Shown here piece by piece: positions 12,901-27,900 of a stretch of DNA of 64,000 bases (position 1 is the stretch's first letter; each line of letters opens with the position of its first letter). Position numbers and translations under genes: made by a program. The DNA is taken from NCBI RefSeq assembly GCF_018977255.1, contig NW_024704743.1, forward strand, positions 63,738,001-63,802,000, read 5' to 3'. The notes beneath the pieces were generated by a model, which saw only the letters and a list, made by a program, of their open reading frames with translations, was not told the DNA's origin and did no database searches. Source of the DNA: Callorhinchus milii. Lineage: Eukaryota.

Positions 12901-15900
12901 CTCTATTTCTTAATAACTTATGGATGCATTGTTTCTTCTTAAATATGTTAACGCTTTCTGTGCCTTCCGACAACTAACTCACTTTCTCACCATGCTCTGT
13001 GTTAACTCCCTTTCAGATCTTCGACTGGTTTCTTATATTTAATACGGTACAAGAATTGTGCTATGAATTTTGCACAGTGGTGCAAACTATTGCTATTAAT
13101 CCTTGCATTTGGTATAGCACCTTAATAATTCCTTCAAAAAATAATCATAATAACAAATTGGTTACTCAATCCACAACACTGCTGTGCGTTGTTTGTGGGA
13201 CACTGCTGTGCGCAATTGGCTGCTGTGATTCGCCCACAAATATATAGTCAATTCACTTTACAGTATATTCTGTGAAGCACTTTGAGACGTCAAGAAGACG
13301 TGATAAGGCGCTATATCAAATGCAAGGATTATTATTATTATCATGTCAGAAAGATGTCTCAAACCGCTTCACAGAATTTACTGTGAAGTGGAGTGACTGT
13401 ATATTTGTAGGCCCACACGGCAGCACAATTGCGCACAGCAATGTCCCACACTATTCTGGATAAAATGTTGTTAGGTGCAAAAATCAATTACAGTCCTGAA
13501 ATGCATGGTTCTCCTAATTCAAAACAAACAATATGAAATATATTTTGTTCTATTTAATAAAGTTCCATAATAAATTGCTTACCAACTGTTCGAAGCTGGT
13601 TTTAGACTGCACTCCATGTCATTGTTATTTGTATTGATCGGAGAGTTCACCTTGTAGTTGTAGAACACTTCTTCACTCTCCGTAATATAAGCCATTTCAG
13701 AAGCAAGATTATCTACAGAAGAATGCCGAGGCTTTTGGCCATCATGTCGCAATCTGGGGCTTGGCCTGTAAGTAAATACATTAATTGAATAACATTAAAA
13801 CTTGCATTAATTAAAGCAGATCACAATATGATAATCTACTGGGGATGATGTTTCACTAAAGGGAAATAGGCAACCTGCACCAAATAACCCTCTTTATCTA
13901 CTTCAATTCTGTCCTTACTCCACACGCCTAATAATAATCCCTCCAAAACCAAAAACAATAATAAATTGGTCATTTTCAATCGACGACTATTTGTGGGACA
14001 TTGCTGTGAGCAATTGGTGCCGCGTTCGCCCACAAATATACAGTCAATTCACTTTACAGTGTGTTCTGTGAAGCGCTTTGGGACATCCTCCCGACGTGAA
14101 AAGCGCTATATCAAAATGCAAGGATTATTATTATTATCCCAGCATCTCCACTTTGTCTCTTCTGACAGCTTTTCGTCTCGATTCCCCTCCCCCCAAAGTC
14201 ATATGCTGTGTTCCTCAGGGTTCTAAACATCTCATCCCACCTACTGGTTACTGAAGAAGTACACATAGAAATTTCAGAGATAGATTGTTGGAATTGAATG
14301 TGCACTCTCTCCCTGATGGGACACATCCTGCTTACCTAATTCCAGAGAGAAGTAGGCACAGGTTGGCAAGAGCCAAGGCTGCGGACCAGTTTACTAAAAA
14401 AAGTGTTAAGTGACATTATGCCATCTAGTGGTATAACCCTGGACACACGTTAGGGAAAAAGTGGCAAGAAGACTGAAAAAAGGACTCAACAAAGCAGATA
14501 CAACATAGGAGCTTCACTAAAAAGGTTGGTCAACCAGATAATAAATAATAATCCTTGCATTTGATTTTGCATCTTTCACGTCAGGAGGACATCTTAGAGA
14601 GTGAGGATGCTTTGGTCGACTGCGTCGAATGTGGTGGAGAGGTCCAGGAGGATAAGCAAACCTTATAGAACATTTAACCATTCCACTATTCTAGCGATTT
14701 CATCCACAACCCCCACCCAGCACATCACAGCATGTTTTACCCAATTTTAGTCAATACATAATCCTATAACATGTTCTAAAGGAGTTGATCAACTCAGAGT
14801 TGTTGCCACAGAACCTTGGAGTCAGTCTTGAAAGAAGACGACTCAGAACGGACCTCATAGAGATGTAGAAAAGTTTAAATGGGATTGAAAAAGTAAACCT
14901 AGAACCATATTTTAGGATGTACCAATATAATAGAATCAAAGGACATAGGTTTAGAATCGCAAAGGACAAAATGAGGTCTGATACCAGGAAGTTTTTCTTT
15001 ACCCAGGGGTAATTAATGCCTGGAACAGGTGACCTGGAACTTTTGGTGGTTAAGGTCAGGAGACTAGACATATTTAAAAAACATCTGCATGCACCACCTT
15101 AACTCAGGTGCCCAGACAGCATAGACGTCCTCCCAATGTGAAAGGCGCTACATAAATGTAAATTGTATTGTAGAGTGAATCTATTACTCAAATTTTGCTT
15201 ACCAATCAGGTGTCAATGGTGGAGAGCGAGAAGGTAGGCTTCTGGTTTCCAACTGTTCTACTGACAGTGATTTCCTCAATACTGGATTCCAGACCATCCC
15301 ACCAATGACCCGTCGACAGAATTGATAGTTGAGAAATCTGCAGCAAACAGAAATATAAACATTTTCCCAAATTCACTGAACAATTGAACTATCACAAGAA
15401 TTGGAATTGACCATAAATACAATTTATTTGGTGAATTTTTGTGATTGTCAAGATGATGAAAGGTAGTGCTACAGAACTAGACTTTTCCTAGTTTCAGCAA
15501 CAAGCATTCTAGTTTTGGCATCAAGCTCAAGTATATCAAAAACAGAGTAACGTTCTCTTACTCTGCCCCAACTAAGGGAACTAATTCCAGGAGCTAAATA
15601 TCAGCTTATAGATTTGTTTGTCACAGTTCATTTGCGCCCAAATATTTCAGGAGGAATATAATAATAATCCTTGCATTTAATAATCCTTGCACTTGTCAGA
15701 AGGAGTCTCAAAGCGCATCACAGGATTTACTGTGGAATGGAATGACTATGTATTTGTCGACACAATTGCCCACAACAATGCCCCAAAATCAGCCATGAAA
15801 TAAATGACCAATTTTATTTGGGGGATTGTTGGTCAGGACACCAGGAAAAACTCCCTTCTCTTTTCGAATACTGCTGTGGGATCTTTAACGTGCACTTGAA

Positions 15901-18900
15901 ACAGGCAGACAGGTCCTCGGTTTAACGTCTCATCTGAAAATGTACATATTCCCTGGAAATTTCCAGCAAGTGGGAAATGTGCAGCCAATCACAGCCTATC
16001 TTGTAAGTGGCCTTCTGACTGCTTAGATTTACAAGCATCCACCACTCAATAATAATAATAATCCTTGCATTTGATATAGCGCTTTTCACGTCGGGAGGAC
16101 GTCCCAAAGCGCTTCACAGAACACACTGTAAAGTGAATTGACTGTATATTTGTGGGTGAACGCGGCAGCCAATTGCGCACAGCAATGTCCCACAAACAGT
16201 CGTAGATTGAAAATGACCAATTTAGTATTGTTTTGGAGGGATTATTATTAGGCGTGTGGAGTAAGGAAACTTGCCCAAGGTTTCGCCCTGCCTGGAATTG
16301 AACTCAGGTCTCTCGCTTGCAAAGCGAGTGCTCTTAACCACTGAGCTACAGGACTCCAATAGGGAGGAGCTATGCAAGGCTGGAGCACTAAATTATTCAA
16401 CCCGACCAGTTTCTAGCAATAACTGGAATCTGGGCTTGCTCCGTTTCATTTAGAACCACCCTACTCTCTTCAGCTCCTTGCTCGCATATTAAGTATTAAC
16501 ATACATAATGTGCTCACATATGCATTCCTTCTTCATATTGAAATTTCCCAGTGCCTGCCAATGGAATGTGGGCTCTGTCCCTCAAGAGACACTTGCTTGG
16601 AGATCAGTTTCTGTACGTGCCAGAGGCACAGCTGACCTCCAAAAAATTGCTTTGAATTTATCTTGCATTTTATTATAAAACATTTTTTCACAAAATAAAG
16701 TAAAACATATTCCCCTAGCTACAGAAGTGAAACATCTAATTGTAGGGTTTTGTCTTAGCAAGAGTTCTTTCCTTTTCTACATTATCTGGGATAGCGTCTT
16801 TCATTCTCTACTTAACTTCAGATCATCCTTTTTCGTCTACTCTGGAGTCATCCTGCTCTGGGAAAGCCTTCAGCTAGTGAGTAAATAGGTATCATGCTTT
16901 TGGCAAAACTGCTCTCGGTTGCCTGATTTCGTACATCCTGATTATACAGGGCAAGCTTTTTTTTTTTACACAAAAACATGTTACACTAAAATGTTAATAA
17001 TTATTAACAATCACAACAACAATATGCATACCAACTGACATGTCTCAAAGCGCTTCACAGGATATACTGTAAAGTGGTTTGACTGTATTTTGCAGGTACT
17101 CTGGAGAGTGAGCAAAAATTTCATCGTGTGCAAATTTCAGGTTAAGGAACATAAAAAAAAACAGAAATTCACTCTAAAGTGAACAATACTTTATATACAA
17201 CAATATGCATACCATAACAGAACTACAAAAGCAAACTGACCTGTTCTGGTTTCTATGGCCTACTGTGAAATAGGCTGCAAGTATTTTTTTCTCTTGAAGG
17301 AGTGGCTTCTTTGCTTGAAAGAATGTGTGGTGCTCCACACATGATTTCCAAAGAATTTTACATGCTCTATAATTAAGCATATTAAATCCAACAATACTCT
17401 CTTGAGATTGTCTCTGTCAAAAATAAAACAAAACGGGTATCTTATATAATTCTGATACTACTATGTTTGTCAACAGTATCTGCTGAAAGCAATTAAAAGG
17501 TCCAATTAGAAATAACAATTTTTGAACAAGGTGGTCTATTGTTTGAAGCAATCGGGAATCTACAATATACAGTGGAAGCCGCTTTAGCCTGACATCAGTT
17601 AACCCTGGGTGCTGGGTAAATCAGACAAAATGGCTGGCCCCGATTCATTTGTATTCTTACTGTTTTAATGATGCCATTTCATTCGGACAAAATTTGTTTA
17701 ATCCAGACAAAATGCTGCGTCGGTCAACGCTGTTTACATACTCGTACCGAGGGGCTCCAGGACGGAGTTGAGAGTCAAATTGCGATTGATTGGCAGCAGA
17801 CTCCAGCCATTCACAAGCAGTTCTAGGCTGTCAATCAGTGAGTGAGCGGACGAACAGAGAGGAAACAAGGGCAGAAATAGTAGGGTTCAAATCACAATTG
17901 ATTGACAGCTGAGCCGCTTGTAAATGGTTGGAATTTACACTCCATTCACAAACGGGTGCAGGCTGTTAGTCACCACAGAGGGACCACTAATTGCTCCCTT
18001 CCCGTCCAATGGGAACAGTAATGCGAGGGAGGAGGTAGTTAAGGGAACTTCAATTAACCTCAGACATTACTTAAGACGGACAAAACGTCCACCCCCGACG
18101 TGTACAACTTAAGAGACTTCCACTGGATTTTAAAGAAATCTATATCCAGAAGCAATAACTTAATGCTTTGTTTGTAGTATATACATTACGGTGAGTTACT
18201 GTGAAAGGAAAAGTCCTAACGTTTTCAGGGTTTATCTTTAATTAGAATGGTTCTTTGTATTGCAATAATATTAAAATCTAAACATCCATAGACCTCCACA
18301 CCCCCCCAACAGCCCCACCGCAAAACAGAAAGTATAATCTCCTGCTTTATATTACCCTATGCTGTAATCAAGTCGCTTTATAGTTCTCAAGAATATCTGT
18401 AGTAAAAGTAATGCATTGTCCTGGATATGGATTCTAACAACTTTGATATTCAGAATTATTTTCTTTAAAAAAAAGGAATCAAATTAACAATTAGATAGTT
18501 CCAGTGGGAGAGCTAGCACCAGCAGAGATGAAGGGGTGAATGTCCTTATTCCATGCTGTAAATTTTCCATCAAGCTGTTCAGTATGCTATACAACTGGGT
18601 TTTGGGTCTATAATACTTACGGGCTTTTCTCGTAGTTGAATAAAGAATCGTTTTCGCTTGAATGAAATCTTTGTAATATTTACCCTGAAACAGTAAAATT
18701 TTGATTAGCTGTCTAGTTTTATATAATAATCCTTGCATTTGATATAATGATCTTATCATGTCACCAAGACATATCAAATTGCTTCATGCAATTTATTACT
18801 GTTCAGAGACTTTGTATTTGTAGGCAAACATGGCAGCCAATTTGCGTACAGCAAATATTTCACAAAGCCACAAAGTGACCAGTTTTATTTGGGGGTTGTT

Positions 18901-21900
18901 AGCCAGTACACCAAGAGAACCTCCTTCTCTTTTTGAACAGTTCCATGGGAACTTAATGTCCTCCTGAATAGTTGGATGGGATTTCAGTTTAACAGCTCAT
19001 CCAAAGAATATCACCTCTGATAATCCAGCACTGCACTGGAGTGTCAGTTTAGACTGAGTTCAAAGTCCCAATGTAGGTCTTGGATCCACAATCTTCTGAC
19101 TCAGAGACGAACTTGCAACCAACTGAGTCAGCCTGATACCTAAGGCATTGAGGGGGTGCAATCTGAAGACAGTGATGAATATCATAGAATCATAGAATAT
19201 TACAGCACAGAAATATTGTGCCTGGTGCCAGTCATAAAATAGTGGATAAACTTAACTGTTGAAATCAATTTATCCTTGAATTCTATCAATCCAACAGTCT
19301 TCTTATAAATCATCTCTCAAACACTGGTGATCAGTCTTGCTTTCTCCTCTACATTGCCTCTTGGACTTGTGAAGCCCTCTAATGAAACAGTGACCCAAAC
19401 TGGACAGAGTAAGATAAGATGGAGTGAACTGAAAAGTCTGATCTTAGGATCTGAACTCAGCTGATTTTGTGGTATAGTCCAGCATTGTTCATTGTTGTCT
19501 CACCCTCTTTGTAACAAAAACCTGGATTTACAGCACCCTACACATCCTGAGGTATTCTGCAGGTGACTACGGAAGAGGAGAAACCATTGAAGGAAACAAA
19601 GTGGAGGCAGTGCATCAATTTGGACTGGAAACAGGAGGGTGCAGTCCCACAAAGGTGGAAGAGAGGAGAGGCAATCGAGAAGCTTAGAGTGAACTCCATC
19701 CCACTTTCCCTTCATCTCGCTCCCTCCCTTGCCTCCTCTTCAACCGCACATTCGGTCATCCTCCTACCCCTACCTTCCCTACCACCTACTCCCCCTGCTC
19801 CAAACCCCCTGCTTGGGTCCAAATCCCTGACTGTCCAGCCAACGTGAAAGGCGCTATACAAATGTAATTTGTTGTTGTTCAACAATGTCAAAAGCTGCAG
19901 AGCAGTCAAGGAGGCAGAGGGAGCCTTGGTCATAGACAAAGTCATTGGTGATGTTGACTAGGGCCATCTCATTGCTGTATGCAAGATGGTAGCCAAACTG
20001 GAGAGCGGGAACGGTGGGAGTGAAATTGAGTGGCAAGTGTGTTCCAGGACTTTAGATTGAAATTGAATTGTATACAATGAGTGACTAGTCAACTCGCATT
20101 CCAACGTTTTTTCCACAAACTTAATCTAGAATTGTAAGCATTCCTTACCAGGGATAGAAGCTAACACGAGCCATATTTCGATAGACACCCAGTCCTCCAG
20201 ATGAAATACCAATCTGTACATCTAAATTTCCTAGATTCTAAAATAAAAAAAGTCAGTTACTAATAGTACAGATAAATAATTAGGAGATAGAAAGATCTGA
20301 ATTGGTTCTGACCTTTTTTGGGAAGAACACAGTGCCCATTTACGAGACTATAGTGCAATTCAAATTTACAGAAGATGCAAACGACTTCTTAGGAATGGTC
20401 AAATGAAATTGATTCTCCCTTTTTTCCCCTTCTCTATATAGAGTACAGATGTATAGGTGCCACCAGGCCACTATTACCTCATTGACGTCACCATTCTTCA
20501 TGATTGAGCTCAGAAAGCAAGTGTTATCAGGCTATTGGTCAGGAGAGTTAAGAGACAAACTCACAATTCTCATCAAATATACTGACATAGATTTTCTCTT
20601 GAAGTTCATTGGATAATGATTATTTAACTTTATGGTTATATTTATGTTCTACACTTAAAACGTAATGTTGTGAATTGACGCGGCCACTGCTGATAACACC
20701 AACACCTAGTTTCACCTCCCATTATTCATAACACGCTATTTATATTTTGGAGTAATTTGTCCACAGAAGAGGAAAAATGGTAGTGCAAAATCAGCCACCA
20801 ATAGTTTACGTCCCATTTTTCAAAGTTTCAATATTTATTGCACAGTTTTGTTTTGGAAACGGTTTAATAAGGTGCGAAAATATTCTAATTTTTAAACAAA
20901 GCAAGAAGATACATATATGGGATAGACACCACTGAAATTACTCAACTGGCAACCAGAAGGCAGCTATTGAAGTATTCTGGTAAAGAGGAGGTTTCAGTAT
21001 GAAGATTGGTACTCAATATTATATTCCAAGTATCTCTGCAAGGTTAATGAGGCAATGGATAAACTACTGGGACAGCAAACTTAAGAATGTTTAGCTCCAC
21101 CACTAGGTAACAATGACAATACATACAATTTATTAGCAGCAGGAAAGTCTCATCTTAAAATGCCAATACTTCAGAAAATATTTACACATTATGCATCCCA
21201 GATCTCCATTCTCATTAACCTCCATCTTTCTTAATTATGGGTCAGTAATACATAAATTACCAGTCAATTATAGTGACAAGTAGACTTACCCTTGCCTTAT
21301 GCAGTTCCACGCCATAGAATTCAAGTGCTTTTGCTCTGCTTAAATAGTAAAGTTCTGCTTCAGATTGTTCAAGGTCACTGTGGGAAAAAATGAGAAGGTA
21401 ACCATTTGCAAAAACATAGTTAAAGATGCTGCATGGTAACTTAATGGTAAAGATGCTGCATGGTAACTTAATGGTAAAGTAATACATTATTTTGTTTACC
21501 TATTAACAGTAAGTAATCACTTTTTCATGATTGAAGTTTTATTTATAAAATCGGTTACATAAATTATTAATCTGGTGCTCAATTGAAACAATTCATTTTC
21601 CAAAAACAATTCAGACAAGTTTTTCATGCCTCTCACTGCTAAAAACAAACTTTGGTATCACCTATATTACAGTTTCTGGTCTTACAAAGACAAAACAGTT
21701 TGATCTGTATTTGTTGTTACAATTGCATAGGGTGAAACAAGGCTGAATCGATATCAGTAGCAGGTGAGTTATTATTGCATTTAATTATAAGGAAGATAAA
21801 ATTAGAATTTCCTAAATACAAGATTTGTATTAAAATATTTCATTCTAAAATACACATTTGTTTCTACCTGTGTTGTTTGTGCAATAACATCACTTTGGTT

Positions 21901-24900
21901 TCAAACTCTTGGTTTTGATCTGGTCCAAAGCAGAAGTCTGCAATGTAGCCATGATGATGTTTAGGAGGATTGTATTCTCCAAGCTCAGCTGCATGAAGAG
22001 TAAATTTGTTAAAACAAATGACATTGCAACCATTCAATTTCCTTGCACACTTCTGTAAAATAATATCAACATTAGACATGTCTCTTATAAACTTGATTCA
22101 TTCCAAGTTACATTTTTCGTAACTGTTTTTCAATTTAATATATTTATTTAACATCAAATCCACCAAAAATATTCCTGTTGATTGTATTACATTATATAAC
22201 CAAGAACGTTTAACATTTTAATTGATAAAAATAACAGTCAAGTTCCTGTTTCAACAGAGCCTTGAACAACATGCATCATCTATTAACCCAAGACCTCAAT
22301 AGAGTATCATTTCTTTTCAAATAAAATAACATACATGCATGCCATTTATATTGTACAATAAAGTGATCCAGGAATGGTTCTCTGGAGATCATACTCAATT
22401 GTTGTAAACATAGGTTGAAATAAAGAGCAGTTGAAAGTTCTGAATATTTTCAAATTCTGAAATGAATACTTCAGGGAAATGCTGGAAGAGTTAGAAATGC
22501 CAGTAATATTTGACAAGCCTGTCAAATTCACCAAATGATATATGCAGATTATACTATTTTAAATGCAGTTTACCCATATACTATATGATGTTGAAATGAA
22601 ATGGCTCTTGCCAACCTGCGCCTAATGCTTTCCAGAATTAGGTAAGCAGGATACATCCCTCCAAGGAGAGATTGCTCATTTCATTCCAATATATATCTCT
22701 GGAATTTCCACATGTAGGTGGGATACATGGAACTCTCACATTGGTTTGGATACACTTAAACATGGTGAAGGGCTTCTGCTTGTGTCAAGATACCCGGTTG
22801 ACCAAAAAAAAAAAAGCCTTAGGAGCAAGCTGCTTGTAAATTTGCAAGATCTTAAACTTTAAGCAAAGTGCTATTCACAAAAATATGGAGCAAACAAATA
22901 AAAGCAGTGTGCTGACGAAAATGTTCTGAAATGATTAAGACGATGATTTTATTACTTACCCTGGACTGCATAGGAAGCAAGAACGACTGCTATATTGTGA
23001 GGACATGATAACCTGTAAACACACATACTTGGCATTTATATTATACAACGGTAATCCACAAATGGTATTTTGCAGATAATACTCAATTGATGTAAACACT
23101 TAACTTCAGATAACTTACATAAACACATACAGAGTGGCCCCTTTATAAGGCGCCCGAGGAACAGTTGTTTGATGGAAAATGGGTCACGGGGAAGGGCCTG
23201 AAGTGGCTAGTAGGCAGGCCTGAAGCCAAAATAGATCTTATTCCATGTGCACTACTGCACCAGAAAAAAATTCTATTATAATAAAGTCAAAATAATGGAG
23301 GTAATATTGTTGTGGTTAAACTAAAACACTTAGTCCATATTTTTTCCTTTGTAGATTAGCATTTAGGCAGTTCAGTTGGTTTTAGTAATTGCATAAGAAA
23401 ACTACACCTATGGTTTGTGGTTTCTCCAAGTCCACAATACCACCACCTGCTTGTTTAACATTAATTGTGAGTGTCTTCATCGACTTACAAACATGCTGTT
23501 TGGAAGAACCAGTGGATTTTTACACAATAGCAAATTAATCTTTCATGTATGGGTCAATTAGCGCTATAAGCCCTTTCAATAGAACTATGTTTGGAAAACT
23601 GTTTGGAAAATGTTTGCTATGTTTTGGAAAAGGTATGTAAATATTGATGCAGCTACTGGATGTATTTCAGGCTACGCTTTCTTTTAAAAAAAACTTCTAA
23701 GAGATTTGGTGTAAACATGAAAGGTTTAGCCCGTTGTCCTTAAACAAAAGAATGTAGCCATAATGTATTCCAAGTGCAGCAGAGACCACTTTAAGATAAT
23801 ACGCATTACTTGTGCAAAGTTGCTGTTATGTTAGAACATATTTTCATTGAAAACACAAAATACTTACCTTCCTTCAACAATATCTTTCTTAAGTTGAATA
23901 AAGTACAACTGCCTGAAAAAAGATATGAAATATTAATCCATATTCTAAAAAGATCTTCACAGAAATAAAATTACTCTGATTGTTTGTAAATGCAACAGCT
24001 TGGAGAATAATGTATATGCTAGGTTATTAATAAGACACTTTATAAATTCTGCAAAAATAGATGTTTTAACAAGTTAAAATAAATGATTCATCAAATCATC
24101 ATGATATCAAGAACACACCAAATAAAACAGAGTTAATTAATGGCAACAGGAATATTTAAAATCAGTCAGACATAAGAAAGTACCAAAGATGAATCCTTTG
24201 TTTTGGAGTTTTAATATTTTTTGAACACCGGGTGCTCAGTAGTTGAGACACTGGTCTTTCACTTCTAGGGCATGGATTTAAATTCAGCCCAGACAAAGCT
24301 ATAAGGTCCAACGTGAAGACATTAAAGAATTGCTGTGCTTTCTGAAACAATTGTGGTGCTTCTGTTTGTTGTCATATTGTGTTATGGTAGACTCACCTAG
24401 GGATCTTGTGCACTGCACTCACCATCGTGAACGCTGGAAAGTTTGGTGGGTGCCCCTAAGTATAGAATTATGACTCAACAGAGACCTTCAAGATATTGGC
24501 TGGAGAGGGCATCCTTCCCAATTGGGGTACCCCCAAAAGGGGCATCCATCTCAACTATAAGGGGCTTCCTTCCCAACTGTTGATTCACATCAGTATCTAT
24601 TTGGTCGTGGAGGTAAACAAGTTTTTCTTGGACTGATCCTTTGGGACCCTGCTGAGAATGAGCAAAGTTCGTTCTCATCTCTCTTCAATGATAGCAAAGC
24701 TCCAATGTCGGTTAAACTTGTGGTGTAGACGTCTGACCAAAGAGTTCTCCTTCATGTTTCTGAGCTCCTGGAGTGCAGCAGATGGGTTTCCTTCAGCCCA
24801 TTTACGAAGACCAGGATCAATCGTCAGGATGTGGATTTGTAGTAAAAAGGGAGAACAACTGCATGGGAGGATTCTCACCTACACTGAAATATTGTGGAGC

Positions 24901-27900
24901 ACCATGTAGATGGAGTTGTTTTAATGACAAGCATGTCTGTTTACCAAAGCCTCTTATCCTCATATGAAGGCCTGGATTAAGCAGTTGGTGATCAGTAAGC
25001 TTGGTGCACGGCATTGAAGTTGGACTTTGGATGGCTGGCATGTCATAAGTTGTCCTGGAAAGGTCCTACCACCAGACTTCAATATTTGATGAGTAAATTC
25101 AAGAGGCTTGGGACAATAGCTGCCAGAGGGGGTTATCTGGAGTCTGGGTTTGTGAATATATTCTCAGACTCAGGGCACGGCTGTCACCTTGATTGGTGTG
25201 TAAAGGAGTAAGATGCTGCTGCTCAAGCACTGCACTTACAATTAGTGAAATTATTTCTAAATGGGTATGGATGTGTGGCTGAGCTATGGGAAGGAGCATG
25301 GCGGCAATAATCTCATCCATTTCATGCTGAGTTACATAACTCACTAGAAAGCTTTCAAGTAGTTCCTGGTGCCTGTTAATCACCTAGTAAGGGCTCAAAC
25401 GTGCGCTTGTTGGATTTCAAATCACCAATAAGTGTCTATCCTCCAGCTGATCAAAAAAGTGAAGTCATTTTGAGAAATTTCAATTCAGTTCTTGGTGGGA
25501 ATGATTTTATAGCACTGATTAAAAGTAACTTATAAGCAGGTTTAATAACTTATAAAGAGATTTACTTTTGTGTAACAAAATAGCTGGAGGCCAGTAAACA
25601 CGATTCTGTGTCAGTATTCGTAAAAAAAGTCACTTAGTTACTTGAGAAATATAATATTCACCAAAGCAAGTATGAAACAATCCTCCACTTCTGGAGCTAC
25701 AATGCCACCAGCAATTTCTAGATTTTCTAGGTTAAGAGTAACTTATTTACGTGAGGTTCACTTTAAAAAAAACAAGCCGATGACCAATAAACATATTTGA
25801 TTTTAGATTGGTAATTGAAAAAAAAACACTCAGTATAATTCAGATTTAAAATGTTGTTGCATTCATACTGGACACATAAATAAGGATACTGCCACAATTA
25901 GGAATTGATCATTTGATTTTTTAGGAGTATAGAATCTACTTTTTAAATGACACTTACTTAAAATATTTAGGATTAAAACAAGTTTGATAATAATTGGATA
26001 GAGTTAATCATTTAATTCAAGTAAAATTGTATAAAATATTATTACATCATTTACACATTAGCATTTTTTTGGAACAAGCTTCCAGACTCACAATATTGAA
26101 GTTTATTGAAACAAAAAACACCTATGTTTGTGTAACCTACCTGGTCTGTTCTTGCTGTAGAGCACTTGGGTCAGTTACAAAAAATCTTACTCGGAAATTT
26201 AGTGAGCAAGGAGAACCTCCTGAACAACATTTTGGGGAAAGGTGGAAAAAATACACACATAATCAATAATCACTTGTTTAATGTTCAGTTTTAAAGAGGA
26301 AACACTATTTATCCAACAAGGTGGCATGACTAAACATTTAATCGTGCCGTATCACATTGTGGAAACATCTCAAAGTGCTTAACAGGATCTACAGTAAAGT
26401 GTAGTGACTTTGTATTTGTAGATAAACGTAGCAGCCAGTTTCCCATAGCAATACCCCACAAACAGGGATAAAGTAAATGATCAATTGGGTAGTTGTATCT
26501 TGTGAAGGACCGGCTTCCAAATAAAATCTCTCTCCCCAACTCAACAGGCTTTCTACACTCTGAAACAGCACTTTAGATATTAAATAACTGCGTACTGGTG
26601 TTTGTTTTTAAAACCTGGGAATTCACTCACAAATGTTTTACAACAAAATGACATTTGCATATAGTGCCTTTCACGTTGGGAAGATGTCCCAAAGATGCTC
26701 AATAGGGTAGGCACATGGCTGAAGACTGGCAAATGAAGTTCAATACTGATAAATGCACAGTACTGATTATAGGAAGTAAGAATAGGAGGCACATGTACTT
26801 CATGGATGAAATAGAACTTGCCAAGTTGGAAGCTGAAAGAGATTTTAAAGTGTTTGTTGACTGACTGCTCACTATGTCAAATTAGCTTGAGGCAAGAATA
26901 AAGAAGACAAACAGGATGCTGGGCTATGTTATCAAACCAGTTAAGATCTTCAAGTCAAAAACAATATATATAGCACTCTGGTCAGGCTGCACCTAGAGGA
27001 ATGGGTTCAGATCTGGAGAGGAGAGCACCAAGGATCATCCCAGTATTAGAGGAATGAGCCATAGCAATAATCAGACAAGCTCAAATTCTTCAGCTTTGAA
27101 AGGAGATGCCTTGTTATAGAGGTATCGTTATAGAGGTATACAAGATTTTAAATAGAATTGAGAAAGTGAACCCACAAGAATACTTTGATGCACCGAGATA
27201 ACAGAACAAGAGGACACAGAATTTCTTGTGATCTTCTGAGCTGTTTCAGATGTTCATTTAGAATGAACTTTCTTTAATATTTACGTGGAATAGTACATTA
27301 GACATTAAGCTTATTACTTCTATACTTCAAAATGAATGAGAAGGAGGGCTAGTTTGACTGAATAGGTTTAGTGATTTTATGTTCTTTTATTACAGTATTT
27401 ACCACTTAAGTAACTATTCTTACCTTTGAGCTGTTTCCTGATGGGTTTATTAGGTTCAAGCCATCTCTGTACATAAAATATTAGTAAAGTCAGATAGATT
27501 AGTTCTTCTAATTGTTAACAGTATTCAGTTATTAATTACAAATATTCTCATTTTGGTAACAAAATATACTCACAGGGCAATCCACTGAATCATCTATGAA
27601 TTGTAAACTAAAATATTCCCTCTCGGTCAAGCCCAAGTGATTATAGGCCATATCCAGGAGAACTTGACCAGCATCTTGTTTCTGTAACAAAAGATTACAA
27701 ATCTTATACAATATAAACCAGATTTTCTTTAAAAATACAAAATTGCCTAGAATGAAATGGCAAAGAAACAGATTGTTCAGCCCAATGAGTTTGTGCCAGT
27801 ATTTATACTCCACATGACCTTCTACCCTCACCCTCTATTCCCTCATCCCTCATGTATGCATCAAGTTTCTTCTTAAAGTGCTCTAAAGTACTATCCTGCG

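Noticed and set aside
23128..23310. Second Tigger-like MITE
   Set aside because: Left end suggestive, but right end too degraded to support
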